Shown here piece by piece: positions 9,405 through 20,029 of a stretch of 64,000 nt of DNA. Position 1 is the first letter of the stretch. Each line of letters begins with the position of its first letter. A program made the translations under genes and the position numbers. The notes under the pieces are model-generated. The model had not been told where the DNA came from. It did no database searches and saw only the letters and a program-made list of their open reading frames with translations. The DNA is from Candidatus Pacearchaeota archaeon (GTDB lineage Archaea > Nanobdellota > Nanobdellia > Pacearchaeales > GW2011-AR1). Where the stretch lies: positions 439,224 to 503,223 of the forward strand of contig JAFCEL010000001.1 of NCBI GenBank assembly GCA_017609205.1, given 5' to 3'.

Positions 9405-10565
9405 ATGGTTAGCTTTGCACACATTTCTGATGTTCATTTAGGAGGATGGAAGCAGCAGCCAATGCAAGATTTGAATTTTAAATCATTTGAGAAAGCAATA
9501 AGCATCTGCATTGAAAAAAAACTTGATTTTGTTATTATCGTCGGAGATTTGTTTGATTCTGCTTATCCTCCGATAGAGATTCTTAAAAAAGCATTTGGGG
9601 TTTTTAGGAAGCTTAGTGAAGCAGGAATCCCTTGTTTCTTAATTGCTGGCTCTCATGATTATTCTGTTTCAGGAAAAACTTTTTTAGATGTTCTGGAAGA
9701 GGCAGGATTTTGCAAGAATATTTTTGATTGTGAGGATAAGGAGGAGAAAATAATCTTAAATCCTTTTATATACAAAAATGTGGCATTGTATGGGTATCCT
9801 GGAAAGAAATCTGGATTGGAGATTAATGATTTAAGGAGGATAAAACTGAATGATTCACCTGGAATGTTTAAGGTTCTTATGCTTCATACAACAATTGATA
9901 AGGCAAAGGGAACACTTCCTATTGACGCTATTGAAACAGAAAAACTTCCAAGAGCAGATTATTATGCTTTAGGGCATTTACATATTGATTTTCAATATCA
10001 GAATTTTGTTTATCCTGGACCAATATTTCCGAATAATTTCCAGGAGTTAGAAGATTTGAACTATGGGAGTTTTTATATTATAGACACTGATTCTACGAAT
10101 CTTCTTCAAAAAATAGAACTCAGAATAAAAGATGTTTGTTCTTTCTCTTTTGATATAAAAAATGCAATGACAGCTACAGAGAAAATAATCTCTGAGCTTG
10201 AACTTTCGGATATAACAGATAAAATTGTTTTATTGAGGCTAGAGGGCGATCTAGAAAATAGTAAGCAGTCAGATATAAAATTTCAAAAGATAGAGGAATT
10301 CGCAAAAAACAGGGGGGCATATTTTGTTTTGAAGAATACTCATAATTTAAAGACAAAAGAGGTTGCATTGGATATTGAAGTTGGAGATTCTGAGAATGTA
10401 GAAGAGGAAACAATAAAAAAGTATTCTGAGGATAATCCATCAGATTTTAATTCATTTATTCCTCAGTTGTTAAATTCGATGTCTTTGGAAAAGCAAGAGG
10501 ACGAAAAAACAGATGATTTTGCGAAAAGAGTTTTAGATGAGGCAAGGAGGGTTTTGAAATTTTAA
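9405..10565 (+). CDS. mre11: DNA double-strand break repair nuclease Mre11
   Basis: Phosphoesterase motifs FAHISDVHLG and GDLFD...GSHD, with rad50 immediately downstream. Confidence 0.85.
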   Translation: MVSFAHISDVHLGGWKQQPMQDLNFKSFEKAISICIEKKLDFVIIVGDLFDSAYPPIEILKKAFGVFRKLSEAGIPCFLIAGSHDYSVSGKTFLDVLEEAGFCKNIFDCEDKEEKIILNPFIYKNVALYGYPGKKSGLEINDLRRIKLNDSPGMFKVLMLHTTIDKAKGTLPIDAIETEKLPRADYYALGHLHIDFQYQNFVYPGPIFPNNFQELEDLNYGSFYIIDTDSTNLLQKIELRIKDVCSFSFDIKNAMTATEKIISELELSDITDKIVLLRLEGDLENSKQSDIKFQKIEEFAKNRGAYFVLKNTHNLKTKEVALDIEVGDSENVEEETIKKYSEDNPSDFNSFIPQLLNSMSLEKQEDEKTDDFAKRVLDEARRVLKF

Positions 10566-12629
10566 ATGAAAATAAAAAAGATACATCTAAAGAACATAAG
10601 AAGTTATGAAGATAATCTAATAGAATTTCCTGAGGGTTCTATACTTCTATCAGGGGATATTGGCTCAGGAAAAACCTCGATACTTCTTGGTATAGAGTTT
10701 GCATTATTTGGATTACAGCCAGGACAAAGAGGACATGCCCTTTTAAAAAACGGAAAATCCCAGGGAGGGGTTATGATAGAGATTGAAATCGATGGAAAAG
10801 AAGTAGTTATTGAGAGGACGCTCAAGAGAGGAAAAACTGTTAATCAGGATTTTTGTTCTATAATTATCGACGGAGTTAAAAAAGAGATTTCTGTTTCAGA
10901 ATTAAAAGATAATATTTTATCTCTGCTCAATTATCCAAAAGAATTCGCGAAGAAACAAAATCTTCTCTATAAATTTACAGTTTATACTCCTCAGGAGGAA
11001 ATGAAACAAATAATTCTTCAAGATTCACAAACCAGATTAAACACTCTAAGACATGTTTTTGGAATTGACAAATATAAAAGAATTCTTGAGAATGTTTCTC
11101 TTGTTGTAACAAAAATAAGAGAAGATAAGAGATTAAATGAAGGGATGGTGCTAAATCTCGAAGAAGATAAAAGGAATCTCTCTGAGAAAAATCACAATCT
11201 TTCTGAGAAGAAGAAGTTTTTATTGGTTTTGGAGGAAGATTTGGATTCAAAGAGACAAAAAAGAAATTCCATTCAACTTGAGAATGAGGCTATTTCAAAA
11301 AAGATAGAAGAGAAAAATAGGTTGCAGCAGGAGATTGAAAAAGCCAAAATAAGGCTTTTAAATAAGAAAGAAACAATCCAAAATAATAATTCTCTTATTC
11401 TAACTCTAAGCGAGGAACTGAAAAAATTAAAACAAGTTTCTTTTGACGAATCTAAAATAAAATCTCTTGAAGGAGAAATTTCTGCAATCAAAAAAGAGAA
11501 GAATGAACTCTCCGACGAAATTCTTAAAATTTCTTCTCAGATATCTTCTCTTACATTCAAGAACGAGGATAATTTTAGTTTGGAAAGGAAGATGTCTAAC
11601 CTTGAGATTTGCCCTACTTGTTTGCAAAATGTAGATGCTATTTATAGAGCAAATATCCTCAATAAGATTCGTTCAGAGGTAGCGGAAAATAATAAGAATA
11701 TCCAAGAATTTGAAAAATCAAAACAAATTCTTCTTGAGAAAATTAAGAAGTTGGATCTTGAAATTTCTGAGAAAGAAAAACAGCTTCAGGAATTAAGAAT
11801 TATTAAGAGTCGCTTAAGTGAGATAAATGAAAAGGAGAACCGGATAGTTTCATTAAGAAAGAATATTGTTTTACTTGAAGAAGATGTAAGAATCTTATCT
11901 GAACAGATCCATTCATTAAAGCAGTCTGTTTTTGAGTTGGAGAAGTTTGATAATTTATTCAGTATAAAACAGAAAGAATTGAATGATGCCCTGAGTGATG
12001 AGAAAAGGGCTGAGATAAAACTTGCAGAATCAAAGAAGGAAATAGAGTTTTTGATTTCTTCTATTGATGAGTTGAAAAAAAGAATCCAACATGCAGAGGA
12101 AATTCAGAATCGGCTTAAATATCTTAGAGAACTTGAAAATTGGCTTACTCAAAAATTTATTCCTGTAGTTTCAATAATTGAAAAAAATGTGATGATTAAA
12201 CTAAAATCTGATTTTTCGAGATTATTTGAGGAGTGGTTTAATATGCTTGTTTCAGATTCTTTTCTTGTTAGACTCAGCGATGATTTCACTCCTATTATTG
12301 AGCAGCAGGACTATGAGATTGATTATGCTTATCTTTCTGGAGGAGAGAGAACAGCAGTTGCTCTGGCTTATCGCCTTGCATTGAATCAGGTTATTAATTC
12401 TATGATGAGCAAGATAAAAACAAAAGATATTGTTATTCTCGACGAGCCTACAGATGGATTTTCAGAACAGCAGTTGGATAAGATGAGGGATGTTCTTCAG
12501 CAATTGAATGTTAGGCAATTGATAATAGTAAGTCATGAGCGGAAAATAGAAGAATTTGTCGAGAATGTAATTAGGATAAGAAAGAAGAATCATATAAGTG
12601 AAGCAGATCAAAACCCAAAAACTTTTTAA
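10566..12629 (+). CDS. rad50: DNA repair ATPase Rad50 (shortened coiled coil)
   Basis: Walker A LLSGDIGSGKTSIL, zinc hook CPTC, signature LSGGERTAVALA and D-loop ILDEPTDG. Confidence 0.85.
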   Translation: MKIKKIHLKNIRSYEDNLIEFPEGSILLSGDIGSGKTSILLGIEFALFGLQPGQRGHALLKNGKSQGGVMIEIEIDGKEVVIERTLKRGKTVNQDFCSIIIDGVKKEISVSELKDNILSLLNYPKEFAKKQNLLYKFTVYTPQEEMKQIILQDSQTRLNTLRHVFGIDKYKRILENVSLVVTKIREDKRLNEGMVLNLEEDKRNLSEKNHNLSEKKKFLLVLEEDLDSKRQKRNSIQLENEAISKKIEEKNRLQQEIEKAKIRLLNKKETIQNNNSLILTLSEELKKLKQVSFDESKIKSLEGEISAIKKEKNELSDEILKISSQISSLTFKNEDNFSLERKMSNLEICPTCLQNVDAIYRANILNKIRSEVAENNKNIQEFEKSKQILLEKIKKLDLEISEKEKQLQELRIIKSRLSEINEKENRIVSLRKNIVLLEEDVRILSEQIHSLKQSVFELEKFDNLFSIKQKELNDALSDEKRAEIKLAESKKEIEFLISSIDELKKRIQHAEEIQNRLKYLRELENWLTQKFIPVVSIIEKNVMIKLKSDFSRLFEEWFNMLVSDSFLVRLSDDFTPIIEQQDYEIDYAYLSGGERTAVALAYRLALNQVINSMMSKIKTKDIVILDEPTDGFSEQQLDKMRDVLQQLNVRQLIIVSHERKIEEFVENVIRIRKKNHISEADQNPKTF

Positions 12630-12692
12630 TATTTGGATTGTGGTTTTTTGTGAGGTGGTGGTTTGAAATCGCCTTAAGATTTCTTAGATAAA

Positions 12693-13784
12693 ATGCCTGT
12701 GGATATTAGAACAAGAAAGTTGGCACAACTTGCAGTAAGGTATTCTGTATTTGTAAAACCAGGAGAGAGAGTAATAATTTCTGGAGGGAGTGAGGCAATT
12801 CCTTTTTTGGTTGAACTTTATAAGGAGATAATTTTGCAAAAAGCACATCCTATTGTGAGGGTTGGTCTTCCAGATGTTTCTGATTTTTTCTATAAATATG
12901 CTACTCAGGAGCAGATTGAAAGATTTCCTGATGAGTGGATGGATACTGTTAAGAAAGCAGATAAATATATAGGAATTGTTTCTGATTTAAATACAAGGGA
13001 GTTGACAAATGCAAACCCAAAGAAGATTTCATCAAGACAGAAAATTGTCCATCCTATTTCAACTTATATTTGTAATGAAAAAGATAGAATTCGTCGCTGT
13101 ACAATTGCTTATCCGGTAGTGGCTCTTGCACAAGAAGCAGAGATGTCTTTAACCGATTACGAGAATTTTGTTTATAGTGCATGCTTGCAGGACTGGAAAA
13201 AACTTGGAAAGCAGATTGATAAAATAAAGACTTTATTTGAAAGAGGAAAAAATGTTCATTTAGTAGGCGAAGGAGTTGATTTGAAATTTTCTATTAAAGG
13301 GAAAAATGCTGTTGCTGATAAGGGCGAAGAGAATATGCCTGGAGGGGAAGTTTTTATGGCTCCTGTGCGTGAAAGTTTAAATGGTTGGATAAGATTTGAG
13401 TATCCTGCAATTGAATCAGGAAAAGAGGTTACAGATATTTTCCTAAGATTTGAAAATGGGAAAGTGGTTGACATGTCTGCTTCAAAGAACGAAGATTTTC
13501 TAAGGGAGATGCTGAATACTGATGAGAATGCCTCGTATGTTGGAGAATTTGGGATTGGTTGCAATCCTAAGATAAATAAATTCACTAAAAATTTGTTATT
13601 TGACGAGAAAATTAATGGAACAATTCATCTTGCTCTTGGACAGGCATATAGAGACAATGGCGGAGGGAATGATTCTGCGATTCATTGGGATATTGTTAAA
13701 GACATGCATAAATCAAAGATAATTCTTGATGGGAAAATAGTGCAGGAAGATGGAAAGTGGAAGATTAGGGGTATTAATTTGTAA
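12693..13784 (+). CDS. M29-family aminopeptidase (AmpS/PepS-like)
   Basis: Overall resemblance to the thermophilic metalloprotease M29 family. Confidence 0.6.
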   Translation: MPVDIRTRKLAQLAVRYSVFVKPGERVIISGGSEAIPFLVELYKEIILQKAHPIVRVGLPDVSDFFYKYATQEQIERFPDEWMDTVKKADKYIGIVSDLNTRELTNANPKKISSRQKIVHPISTYICNEKDRIRRCTIAYPVVALAQEAEMSLTDYENFVYSACLQDWKKLGKQIDKIKTLFERGKNVHLVGEGVDLKFSIKGKNAVADKGEENMPGGEVFMAPVRESLNGWIRFEYPAIESGKEVTDIFLRFENGKVVDMSASKNEDFLREMLNTDENASYVGEFGIGCNPKINKFTKNLLFDEKINGTIHLALGQAYRDNGGGNDSAIHWDIVKDMHKSKIILDGKIVQEDGKWKIRGINL

Positions 13785-14123
13785 TCAAAATTCTGATTCA
13801 ATTTTTAGAAAAAACCCTTTCATTTTAAGATCCCAATAATCAGCATCAACATCAAGTTCCACTCTAAATCTTTTTCCTCCTTTTGTCTGAAGATGAAGCT
13901 TTGTTGGTTCTACATGACCTTTTGAGTTCACGTAAAAACCTTTTGAAGCGAGTTTTCTTTCCCATTCATAAACGAGTCTATGAAGATAAGTCTTAGAAGG
14001 AGTGTCCTTTTCTTTTGAGAGTTTATAGTATTGCACTTTATTTACGTCTTTAACAAGCGAACAACAGCCTCCGAGAAATATAAAACCTGAGAAGATTATT
14101 TCTTTTAACTGCATAGTTTTCAA
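13785..14123 (-). CDS. hypothetical secreted/lipoprotein-like protein
   Basis: N-terminal hydrophobic segment ending in LGGCC (lipobox-like). Confidence 0.4.
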   Translation of the reverse strand: MKTMQLKEIIFSGFIFLGGCCSLVKDVNKVQYYKLSKEKDTPSKTYLHRLVYEWERKLASKGFYVNSKGHVEPTKLHLQTKGGKRFRVELDVDADYWDLKMKGFFLKIESEF

Positions 14124-14225
14124 AAAACCTTTATTTTTTAATATTTTCTATACCAAAAAATTTAAATAATACCTTTTCTCTTAAATTTTAAGTAATTCTT
14201 ATGAATTATTCTAAATATTCTTAAA

Positions 14226-14900
14226 ATGGAACAGGATTTAAAAGATTCGATTTTGAAAACAGGAACGACTATAATTGGAATTGTCTGTAAGGATGGAATT
14301 GTAATGGCTTCTGATAGGCAGAGTACTGCGGGAACAATTGTTTTAAATAAATCTTCTGAGAAAACAAAACAAATTAATGATTATCTTCTTGTTTCAGGTA
14401 CAGGGATGGTGTCAGACATTCAAAGAATAGAGAAGATTATTCCTGCAGAATTAAAATTAAAAGAACTTCGCTCAAGGTTACGTCCAACTGTCAGGCAGGC
14501 AGCAAATCTTCTTTCAACAATTTCTTATTCTGGGATAAGACAGCCTTCTATGATTCCTCAACAGGCTGGATTTTTGTTAGGGGGTTTGAATGATGATGGA
14601 TCTTTTGAGCTTTATTCTATAGAACCTGCAGGAGGGGTTGTAAAGGTTGAAGATTATGATGCTAATTTTGGTTCAGGGATGCCTTATGTTCTAGGGCTTC
14701 TTGAGAGACAATATAAAAAAGGTATATCTGTCAAAGAAGGAATTGAACTTGCAAAAGAAGCACTTAAATCCTCAATGCAAAGAGATGTTGGCTCTGGTTA
14801 TGGGATTGATATTTTTACAATTACTCGGGACGGGATTAAAAAAGTAGTCTCTCAAGAGATTCTCCCTGATTATAAAAATGATGATAGAAAGGAAGAATAG
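14226..14900 (+). CDS. psmB: proteasome beta subunit
   Basis: TGTTIIGIVCKDGIVMASDRQST with an N-terminal propeptide. Confidence 0.85.
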   Translation: MEQDLKDSILKTGTTIIGIVCKDGIVMASDRQSTAGTIVLNKSSEKTKQINDYLLVSGTGMVSDIQRIEKIIPAELKLKELRSRLRPTVRQAANLLSTISYSGIRQPSMIPQQAGFLLGGLNDDGSFELYSIEPAGGVVKVEDYDANFGSGMPYVLGLLERQYKKGISVKEGIELAKEALKSSMQRDVGSGYGIDIFTITRDGIKKVVSQEILPDYKNDDRKEE

Positions 14901-15016
14901 GGATATTGGTATTAAATAATTGTCAGTTATTCGTTTGATTAAAATTAATTGCAAAGAAATAAAAATGCGATTTCAGACAGATACTCCTGCACGAGAGTGC
15001 GTAATTTTAATGAAAA

Positions 15017-16903
15017 ATGGCAGATATTCTTAAATTAATAACAGATAGAATACACAATAAGATAACAGAAGCGAATTTTGAAGCTGCGAATATAGTTCTT
15101 TATACAGACGATGAGAAGTTTTTTAAGGAAGGAGAAAGAAGAATTAAGGAAATTGTTGATGATATAAAAAAGAGAATTGAATTGAGAGCAGATTCAAAGA
15201 TACTTAAAGATAAAGAAGAGGTTGAAAAAGAGATTAGAAAAATAGTTCCTGAAGATGCAGAGGTCACAAATATTCTTTTTGATTATCATAGGAGTATAGT
15301 TGTAATTGAGGCAAAAAAACCAGGACTTGTTATTGGAAAGCAGGGCTCTATTCTTGAGGAGATAAGAAAAACTACTTTATGGACTCCTCAGGTTCAGCGT
15401 TCTCCTGTAATTAAGTCACAAATCACAGAAAATATTCGTGAAGTTCTTTATGCTAATAATAACTATAGAAGGAAATTTTTAAATGAGGTTGGACAGAAAA
15501 TTTACAAGGAGTGGAGTTCTGAAAAATCGGATGGATGGGTTAGATTAACTTTCTTGGGGGGAGCAAGACAGGTTGGAAGAAGTAGTCTATTACTGCAAAC
15601 TCCGAATTCAAGAATTTTAATTGACTGTGGAATTGATGTTGCTTCGCAGGGAGATGAAAGATTCCCTATCTTTAATATTCCTGAATTTGATATTGCACAA
15701 TTAGACGCAGTTATAATTTCTCATGCGCATCTTGATCATGTGGGTTTATTGCCTTATCTGTATAAAATGGGGTACAAAGGACCTGTTTATATGACTCTAC
15801 CGACGAGAGATATTGCTGCATTACTTTCGCTTGATTTTATTGGGGTAGCATATAAGCAAGCAGCACAACCTTTGTTTGATTCAAAGGACATAAAAGAAAT
15901 GGTTAAGCATAGTATTTGTGTGAATTACAATGAAGTTACAGATATTGCTCCTGATGTTAGATTGACTTTTTATAATTCTGGACATGTCCTTGGAGGCTCT
16001 CTTATTCATCTTAATATTGGAAATGGTGCGCATAATCTTGTTTATACAGGAGATTATAAATACTCAAGAACAAGATTATTAGAACCTTGTGTATTCAGTT
16101 TCCCTCGTGTGGAATCCATTGTGACAGAATCAACTTATGGTTCAAAGTTAGATGTTCTTCCTCCAAGAAGGGAAACAGAAGAACAATTCATAAATATGGT
16201 TAAGAATACAATTAATAATGGAGGGAAGGTTTTGCTTCCTGAACTTGGTTTAGGTCATGCACAGGAAACATTGCTTAGGATGGAGGAGGCAATGAGAATG
16301 GGTGAGCTTCCGAAAGTCCCGATTTATATTGATGGAATGATATGGGATATTAATGCAATTCATACAGCTTATCCTGATTTTTTAAGTAATAAAATCAGAA
16401 CCCAAATATTTCAGGATAGAAATCCCTTTGTTTCAGAAATTTTCTCAAGAGTTGGTTCTGCTCAAGAGAGAAAGCAGGTTATTGAAGGAGGACCTTGTAT
16501 AGTCATTGCAACGTCTGGTATGCTTCAGGGAGGGGCTTCTGTAGAATATTTCAAAAATTTTGCAGATAATCCAAAGAATTTAATGATACTCAGCTGTTAT
16601 CAGGGTCCTGGTTCATTGGGTAGACAGTTGCAGGAAGGAGCAAGTAAGGTTGTTGTAGAAGATAATGATGGAAAAAGAGAGTTAGATGTTAGAATGAAGG
16701 TTGTTTTATTTAATGGACTTTCTCCTCATGCAGGAAGAAATGAGATAATGTCTTACTTTAATAATATTAGACCAAAACCAAAGAGGATAATTGTAAATCA
16801 TGGCGAGGTTTCAAAATCACTTGATCTTGCATCTGCATTGTATAAGCTTAATAGGGTTGAAACAAATGTTCCGAGAAATCTTGAAACTTTGAGGTTGAGA
16901 TAG
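15017..16903 (+). CDS. aCPSF1/FttA (KH + MBL + beta-CASP ribonuclease, transcription termination factor)
   Basis: N-terminal KH region, HAHLDHVG MBL motif and beta-CASP C-terminus, ~630 aa. Confidence 0.85.
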   Translation: MADILKLITDRIHNKITEANFEAANIVLYTDDEKFFKEGERRIKEIVDDIKKRIELRADSKILKDKEEVEKEIRKIVPEDAEVTNILFDYHRSIVVIEAKKPGLVIGKQGSILEEIRKTTLWTPQVQRSPVIKSQITENIREVLYANNNYRRKFLNEVGQKIYKEWSSEKSDGWVRLTFLGGARQVGRSSLLLQTPNSRILIDCGIDVASQGDERFPIFNIPEFDIAQLDAVIISHAHLDHVGLLPYLYKMGYKGPVYMTLPTRDIAALLSLDFIGVAYKQAAQPLFDSKDIKEMVKHSICVNYNEVTDIAPDVRLTFYNSGHVLGGSLIHLNIGNGAHNLVYTGDYKYSRTRLLEPCVFSFPRVESIVTESTYGSKLDVLPPRRETEEQFINMVKNTINNGGKVLLPELGLGHAQETLLRMEEAMRMGELPKVPIYIDGMIWDINAIHTAYPDFLSNKIRTQIFQDRNPFVSEIFSRVGSAQERKQVIEGGPCIVIATSGMLQGGASVEYFKNFADNPKNLMILSCYQGPGSLGRQLQEGASKVVVEDNDGKRELDVRMKVVLFNGLSPHAGRNEIMSYFNNIRPKPKRIIVNHGEVSKSLDLASALYKLNRVETNVPRNLETLRLR

Positions 16904-16941
16904 GTAATTAATTTTAAAAACTTGAGAGAGTTCTTATAACT

Positions 16942-17982
16942 ATGGGGTTAGAGGCAAAAAAATTGAAGGTGATTGCTGCATTGATTTTAAGTATGGTTTT
17001 CACACTAATGATAATTCATGCAAGACTTTATGGGACAAGACATTCTTTTGGAAATATTCTTATTAATCTTAATGGCAAGAATGTTACTTTAGAAGAGGCA
17101 GTTAAAGGGGATTATTTAGGAGCTAATTCAGATTTTCCTCCTCCTGGTTTTGAGGTGAATACTACTAATATCAGTTTTGGGCATAATGCTGAGGAGATTT
17201 GGGTTTCTATTAATGGAAGTGAAATGACTTTAGCAGACGCGATAGAGACAGGTCTTTTATGTTCGCTAGCAAATTCGACCACAACTTCTTATTCCTATCC
17301 AAGACCAAACCCAGGACATTATGCTACTGAGATTGAGATGGACATGGGTGACGGTGTTACTTTTAGAACCTTGCAATATGCAATTGATATTGGTTTTTTT
17401 TGTGGGAATTATGAGGGTTATGGATGGAAGACTGGAAATTGGAGTGAATGCTCGGTTTCTTGTGGGGGAGGAATACAGACTAGGGATGTCTGGTGCCAGA
17501 AAGCTGATGGGCAAGTTGTAAGTGATAATTATTGTTCAGGCACAAGACCCGCAACAAATCAGAGTTGTAATACTCAGATGTGCCCTACTGTTTATAATTA
17601 TCCTCAGATTAATCAAAGATATATAGGATATAGTTTTGCTACTCTTTCTAATAGAGAAGTGAATAGTTGTGAGGAATGCAATAGTGATGAAGAATGTTGG
17701 ACAGGAAATTCAGAAACAGGAGAAATAGTTTCTTATTGCCAAAAATGCGATACTTTTGTAAGATTTGGGTCCTGGGTAATGAGCATAGAAGCATCAAAAT
17801 TTTGCGAGAGTAAGGGAAAGGATTTAATTAATTTTACTTTTGATAATGCAGATGTTCTTGGGTGGCAATATCAAGTGGTATTGGGTTGGGGTTGGGGTGG
17901 ATGTGACTCGAATACTTGGTATAATTATGATTGTAACACTAGTGGAATGTGTGAAATAATGACACAAATTACTTGTGGTTAA
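16942..17982 (+). CDS. secreted/membrane-anchored Cys-rich glycoprotein with thrombospondin type-1 repeat and possible C-type-lectin-like C-terminus
   Basis: Signal anchor. WSECSVSCGGGIQTRDVWCQ...CSGTRPATNQSCNTQMCP has the canonical six-Cys TSR layout. There are about 9 N-x-S/T sequons. The C-terminus ends with a ...CDSNTWYNYDCNTSGMCEI pattern. Confidence 0.6.
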   Translation: MGLEAKKLKVIAALILSMVFTLMIIHARLYGTRHSFGNILINLNGKNVTLEEAVKGDYLGANSDFPPPGFEVNTTNISFGHNAEEIWVSINGSEMTLADAIETGLLCSLANSTTTSYSYPRPNPGHYATEIEMDMGDGVTFRTLQYAIDIGFFCGNYEGYGWKTGNWSECSVSCGGGIQTRDVWCQKADGQVVSDNYCSGTRPATNQSCNTQMCPTVYNYPQINQRYIGYSFATLSNREVNSCEECNSDEECWTGNSETGEIVSYCQKCDTFVRFGSWVMSIEASKFCESKGKDLINFTFDNADVLGWQYQVVLGWGWGGCDSNTWYNYDCNTSGMCEIMTQITCG

Positions 17983-18049
17983 AGGGATAAGACATTCTTT
18001 GAAAACATGAATAGTTAGATTTTAAAACTCTTGTTTCTGTTTCTTAATT

Positions 18050-18370
18050 ATGTTTCCGGGATTGAGTCCTAAGAAAATGCAGCAGGTTATGAAGCAGATG
18101 GGAATCTCTCAGGAGGAGATTGATGCTTCTCGTGTAATAATTGAAAAATCCGACGGAAGGATAATTATTGAAACACCCTCTGTTGTAAAGATTAGAATGC
18201 AAGGACAGGAGACCTTCCAGATTACAGGTGAAATTCAGGAGGAGAGAACTGTTTCTAGAGAGGATATAGAAACTATAATGGAGAAAACAGGATGTTCTGA
18301 GGAAGAAGCAAAGAAAACTTTAGAAAAGACAGGGGATTTGGCAGAAGCAATCTTGGAGTTAAGTGATTGA
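18050..18370 (+). CDS. nac: nascent polypeptide-associated complex protein (NAC alpha with UBA)
   Basis: NAC domain plus a C-terminal UBA-like sequence (EEAKKTLEKTGDLAEAI). Confidence 0.8.
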   Translation: MFPGLSPKKMQQVMKQMGISQEEIDASRVIIEKSDGRIIIETPSVVKIRMQGQETFQITGEIQEERTVSREDIETIMEKTGCSEEEAKKTLEKTGDLAEAILELSD

Positions 18371-18428
18371 ATGATAAAATATAAAAACTCTTTTTTCTTA
18401 ATTAATTACACTTCTTAAATGATAAAAG

Positions 18429-18869
18429 ATGGAAGACATAATTCAGGAAAAAATCAGCGCAGACCACTTACTTTATGTTAGTTTGAAATACACCAAGACT
18501 TGTGATGTTATTCTGAATCTTCTTTTAAGATGGAGAAAAATGATTAAAACCAGTATTGAAGCGATTTTGAAACATGCAAAGAAAAAGAAGAAAATAAAGA
18601 GTATTCCTACGAATCCTATTGGGAAGATAGACAAAGTTGAAAAACTATTCAAGAAAGACAAAAATTTCTTAGAAGTCCTTGAATTTTATGAGATGCTTAG
18701 AAAAATAGAGGATTTAAGGAAAGAGAGGGTTGGGGAGTTTAGGAAAAATGTCGCTTTAAAAATATTATACAAAGGAAAAGAAGTTAATATCAATCTTGAG
18801 CAATTGAAGATTTATGCTGATAAGTTAGAAAAATTTATAAGTACAACTAAGCATTTTCTTCTATCGTAA
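18429..18869 (+). CDS. hypothetical protein (146 aa) upstream of minD
   Basis: ORF only. Confidence 0.4.
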   Translation: MEDIIQEKISADHLLYVSLKYTKTCDVILNLLLRWRKMIKTSIEAILKHAKKKKKIKSIPTNPIGKIDKVEKLFKKDKNFLEVLEFYEMLRKIEDLRKERVGEFRKNVALKILYKGKEVNINLEQLKIYADKLEKFISTTKHFLLS

Positions 18870-18883
18870 GCATTCTGCTTAAA

Positions 18884-19651
18884 ATGTCAAAAATAATTGT
18901 AATAACGTCTGGCAAAGGCGGTGTGGGTAAGACCACAACTGCCATAAACTTAGGTGCGGCTATGAATTTTTTTGGAAAAGATGTTCTTGTTATCGACGGA
19001 AATCTCTCAACGCCAAATATTGGAATCCATTTAAATTCTCCTGAAGTTCCAGTAAATCTGAACCATGTTTTAAAGGGAAAATCAGATGTTTTTGAGGCAG
19101 TTTATGAACATGAATCTGGTTTGAAGATAATGCCTTCATCTTTATCAGTGAATGAGTTAAAAAAATGTTCGCCTTCAAAGATAAAAGATTTTAAGAATGA
19201 TTTTAAAAGAATATCTGATTATGTTATTATTGACAGTGCTGCAGGACTTGGAGAAGAGGCTATTTCTGCAATTGAAATTGCTGATGAGATAATTCTTGTC
19301 ACAAATCCAGAAATGCCTGCAATTACAGATGCTTTGAAGACAATAAAAGTTGCAGAAAAGAAAAAGAAATTTGTTAAGGGAGTGATTGTAACAAGAGTTA
19401 AGAGAAATAGGATTGAAATGAAATCTGATAATGTTAAAGAGATGTTAGAGGTCCCTATTATTGGGATGGTTCCTGAGGACCTTTGCATTCCTGATTCCTT
19501 GAATCATAAAGATGCTGTTGTTCATGTTTTCCCGAAGAGCAAGGCGTCACGGGCTTATAAAGAGATAGCGGCGAAAATTGTCGGTGCTGAATATAATTCT
19601 AAGAAAGACAGGCCTAGATTGTGGGAAAGGTTTTTTCAAAGAAAATACTAA
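18884..19651 (+). CDS. minD: MinD/ParA-family P-loop ATPase
   Basis: Deviant Walker A IVITSGKGGVGKTT. Confidence 0.8.
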   Translation: MSKIIVITSGKGGVGKTTTAINLGAAMNFFGKDVLVIDGNLSTPNIGIHLNSPEVPVNLNHVLKGKSDVFEAVYEHESGLKIMPSSLSVNELKKCSPSKIKDFKNDFKRISDYVIIDSAAGLGEEAISAIEIADEIILVTNPEMPAITDALKTIKVAEKKKKFVKGVIVTRVKRNRIEMKSDNVKEMLEVPIIGMVPEDLCIPDSLNHKDAVVHVFPKSKASRAYKEIAAKIVGAEYNSKKDRPRLWERFFQRKY

Positions 19652-19687
19652 TCCCTTTGTAAAATTCTGTGGATTGTAAAGAATTCT

Positions 19688-20029
19688 TTAACTAATTTTT
19701 GTCCCATTACTAATCTCTTTTTCAGGAGATATTAAGACACAAACATTATCTGCAGGATTTCCTGCTGCCAAAAGCATACCCTGACTTTCAATTCCTCTTA
19801 GTTTTCTTGGGGCGAGATTTGCGAGGAGGATTATTTTTTTACCAACTAATTCTTCTTTAGGATAATAAGGTTTAATTCCTGCGCAGATAATTCTTTCACC
19901 TAATTCTCCCACGTCAATCTTTAATTTGAATAATTTATCTGCTCCTTCAATCTCTTCAACTTCTAAAATTTCTGCAACTCGTAAATCAATCTTTTGCCAA
20001 TCTTCAAATGAAATTATATTTTCTGTCAT
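19688..20029 (-). CDS. tRNA-binding domain protein (Trbp111/EMAP-like), equivalent to the MetRS C-terminal domain
   Basis: KIDLRVAEILEVEEIEGADKL...ICAGIKPYY OB-fold tRNA-binding motif. Its start overlaps the MetRS stop by 4 nt (ATGA). Confidence 0.75.
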   Translation of the reverse strand: MTENIISFEDWQKIDLRVAEILEVEEIEGADKLFKLKIDVGELGERIICAGIKPYYPKEELVGKKIILLANLAPRKLRGIESQGMLLAAGNPADNVCVLISPEKEISNGTKIS

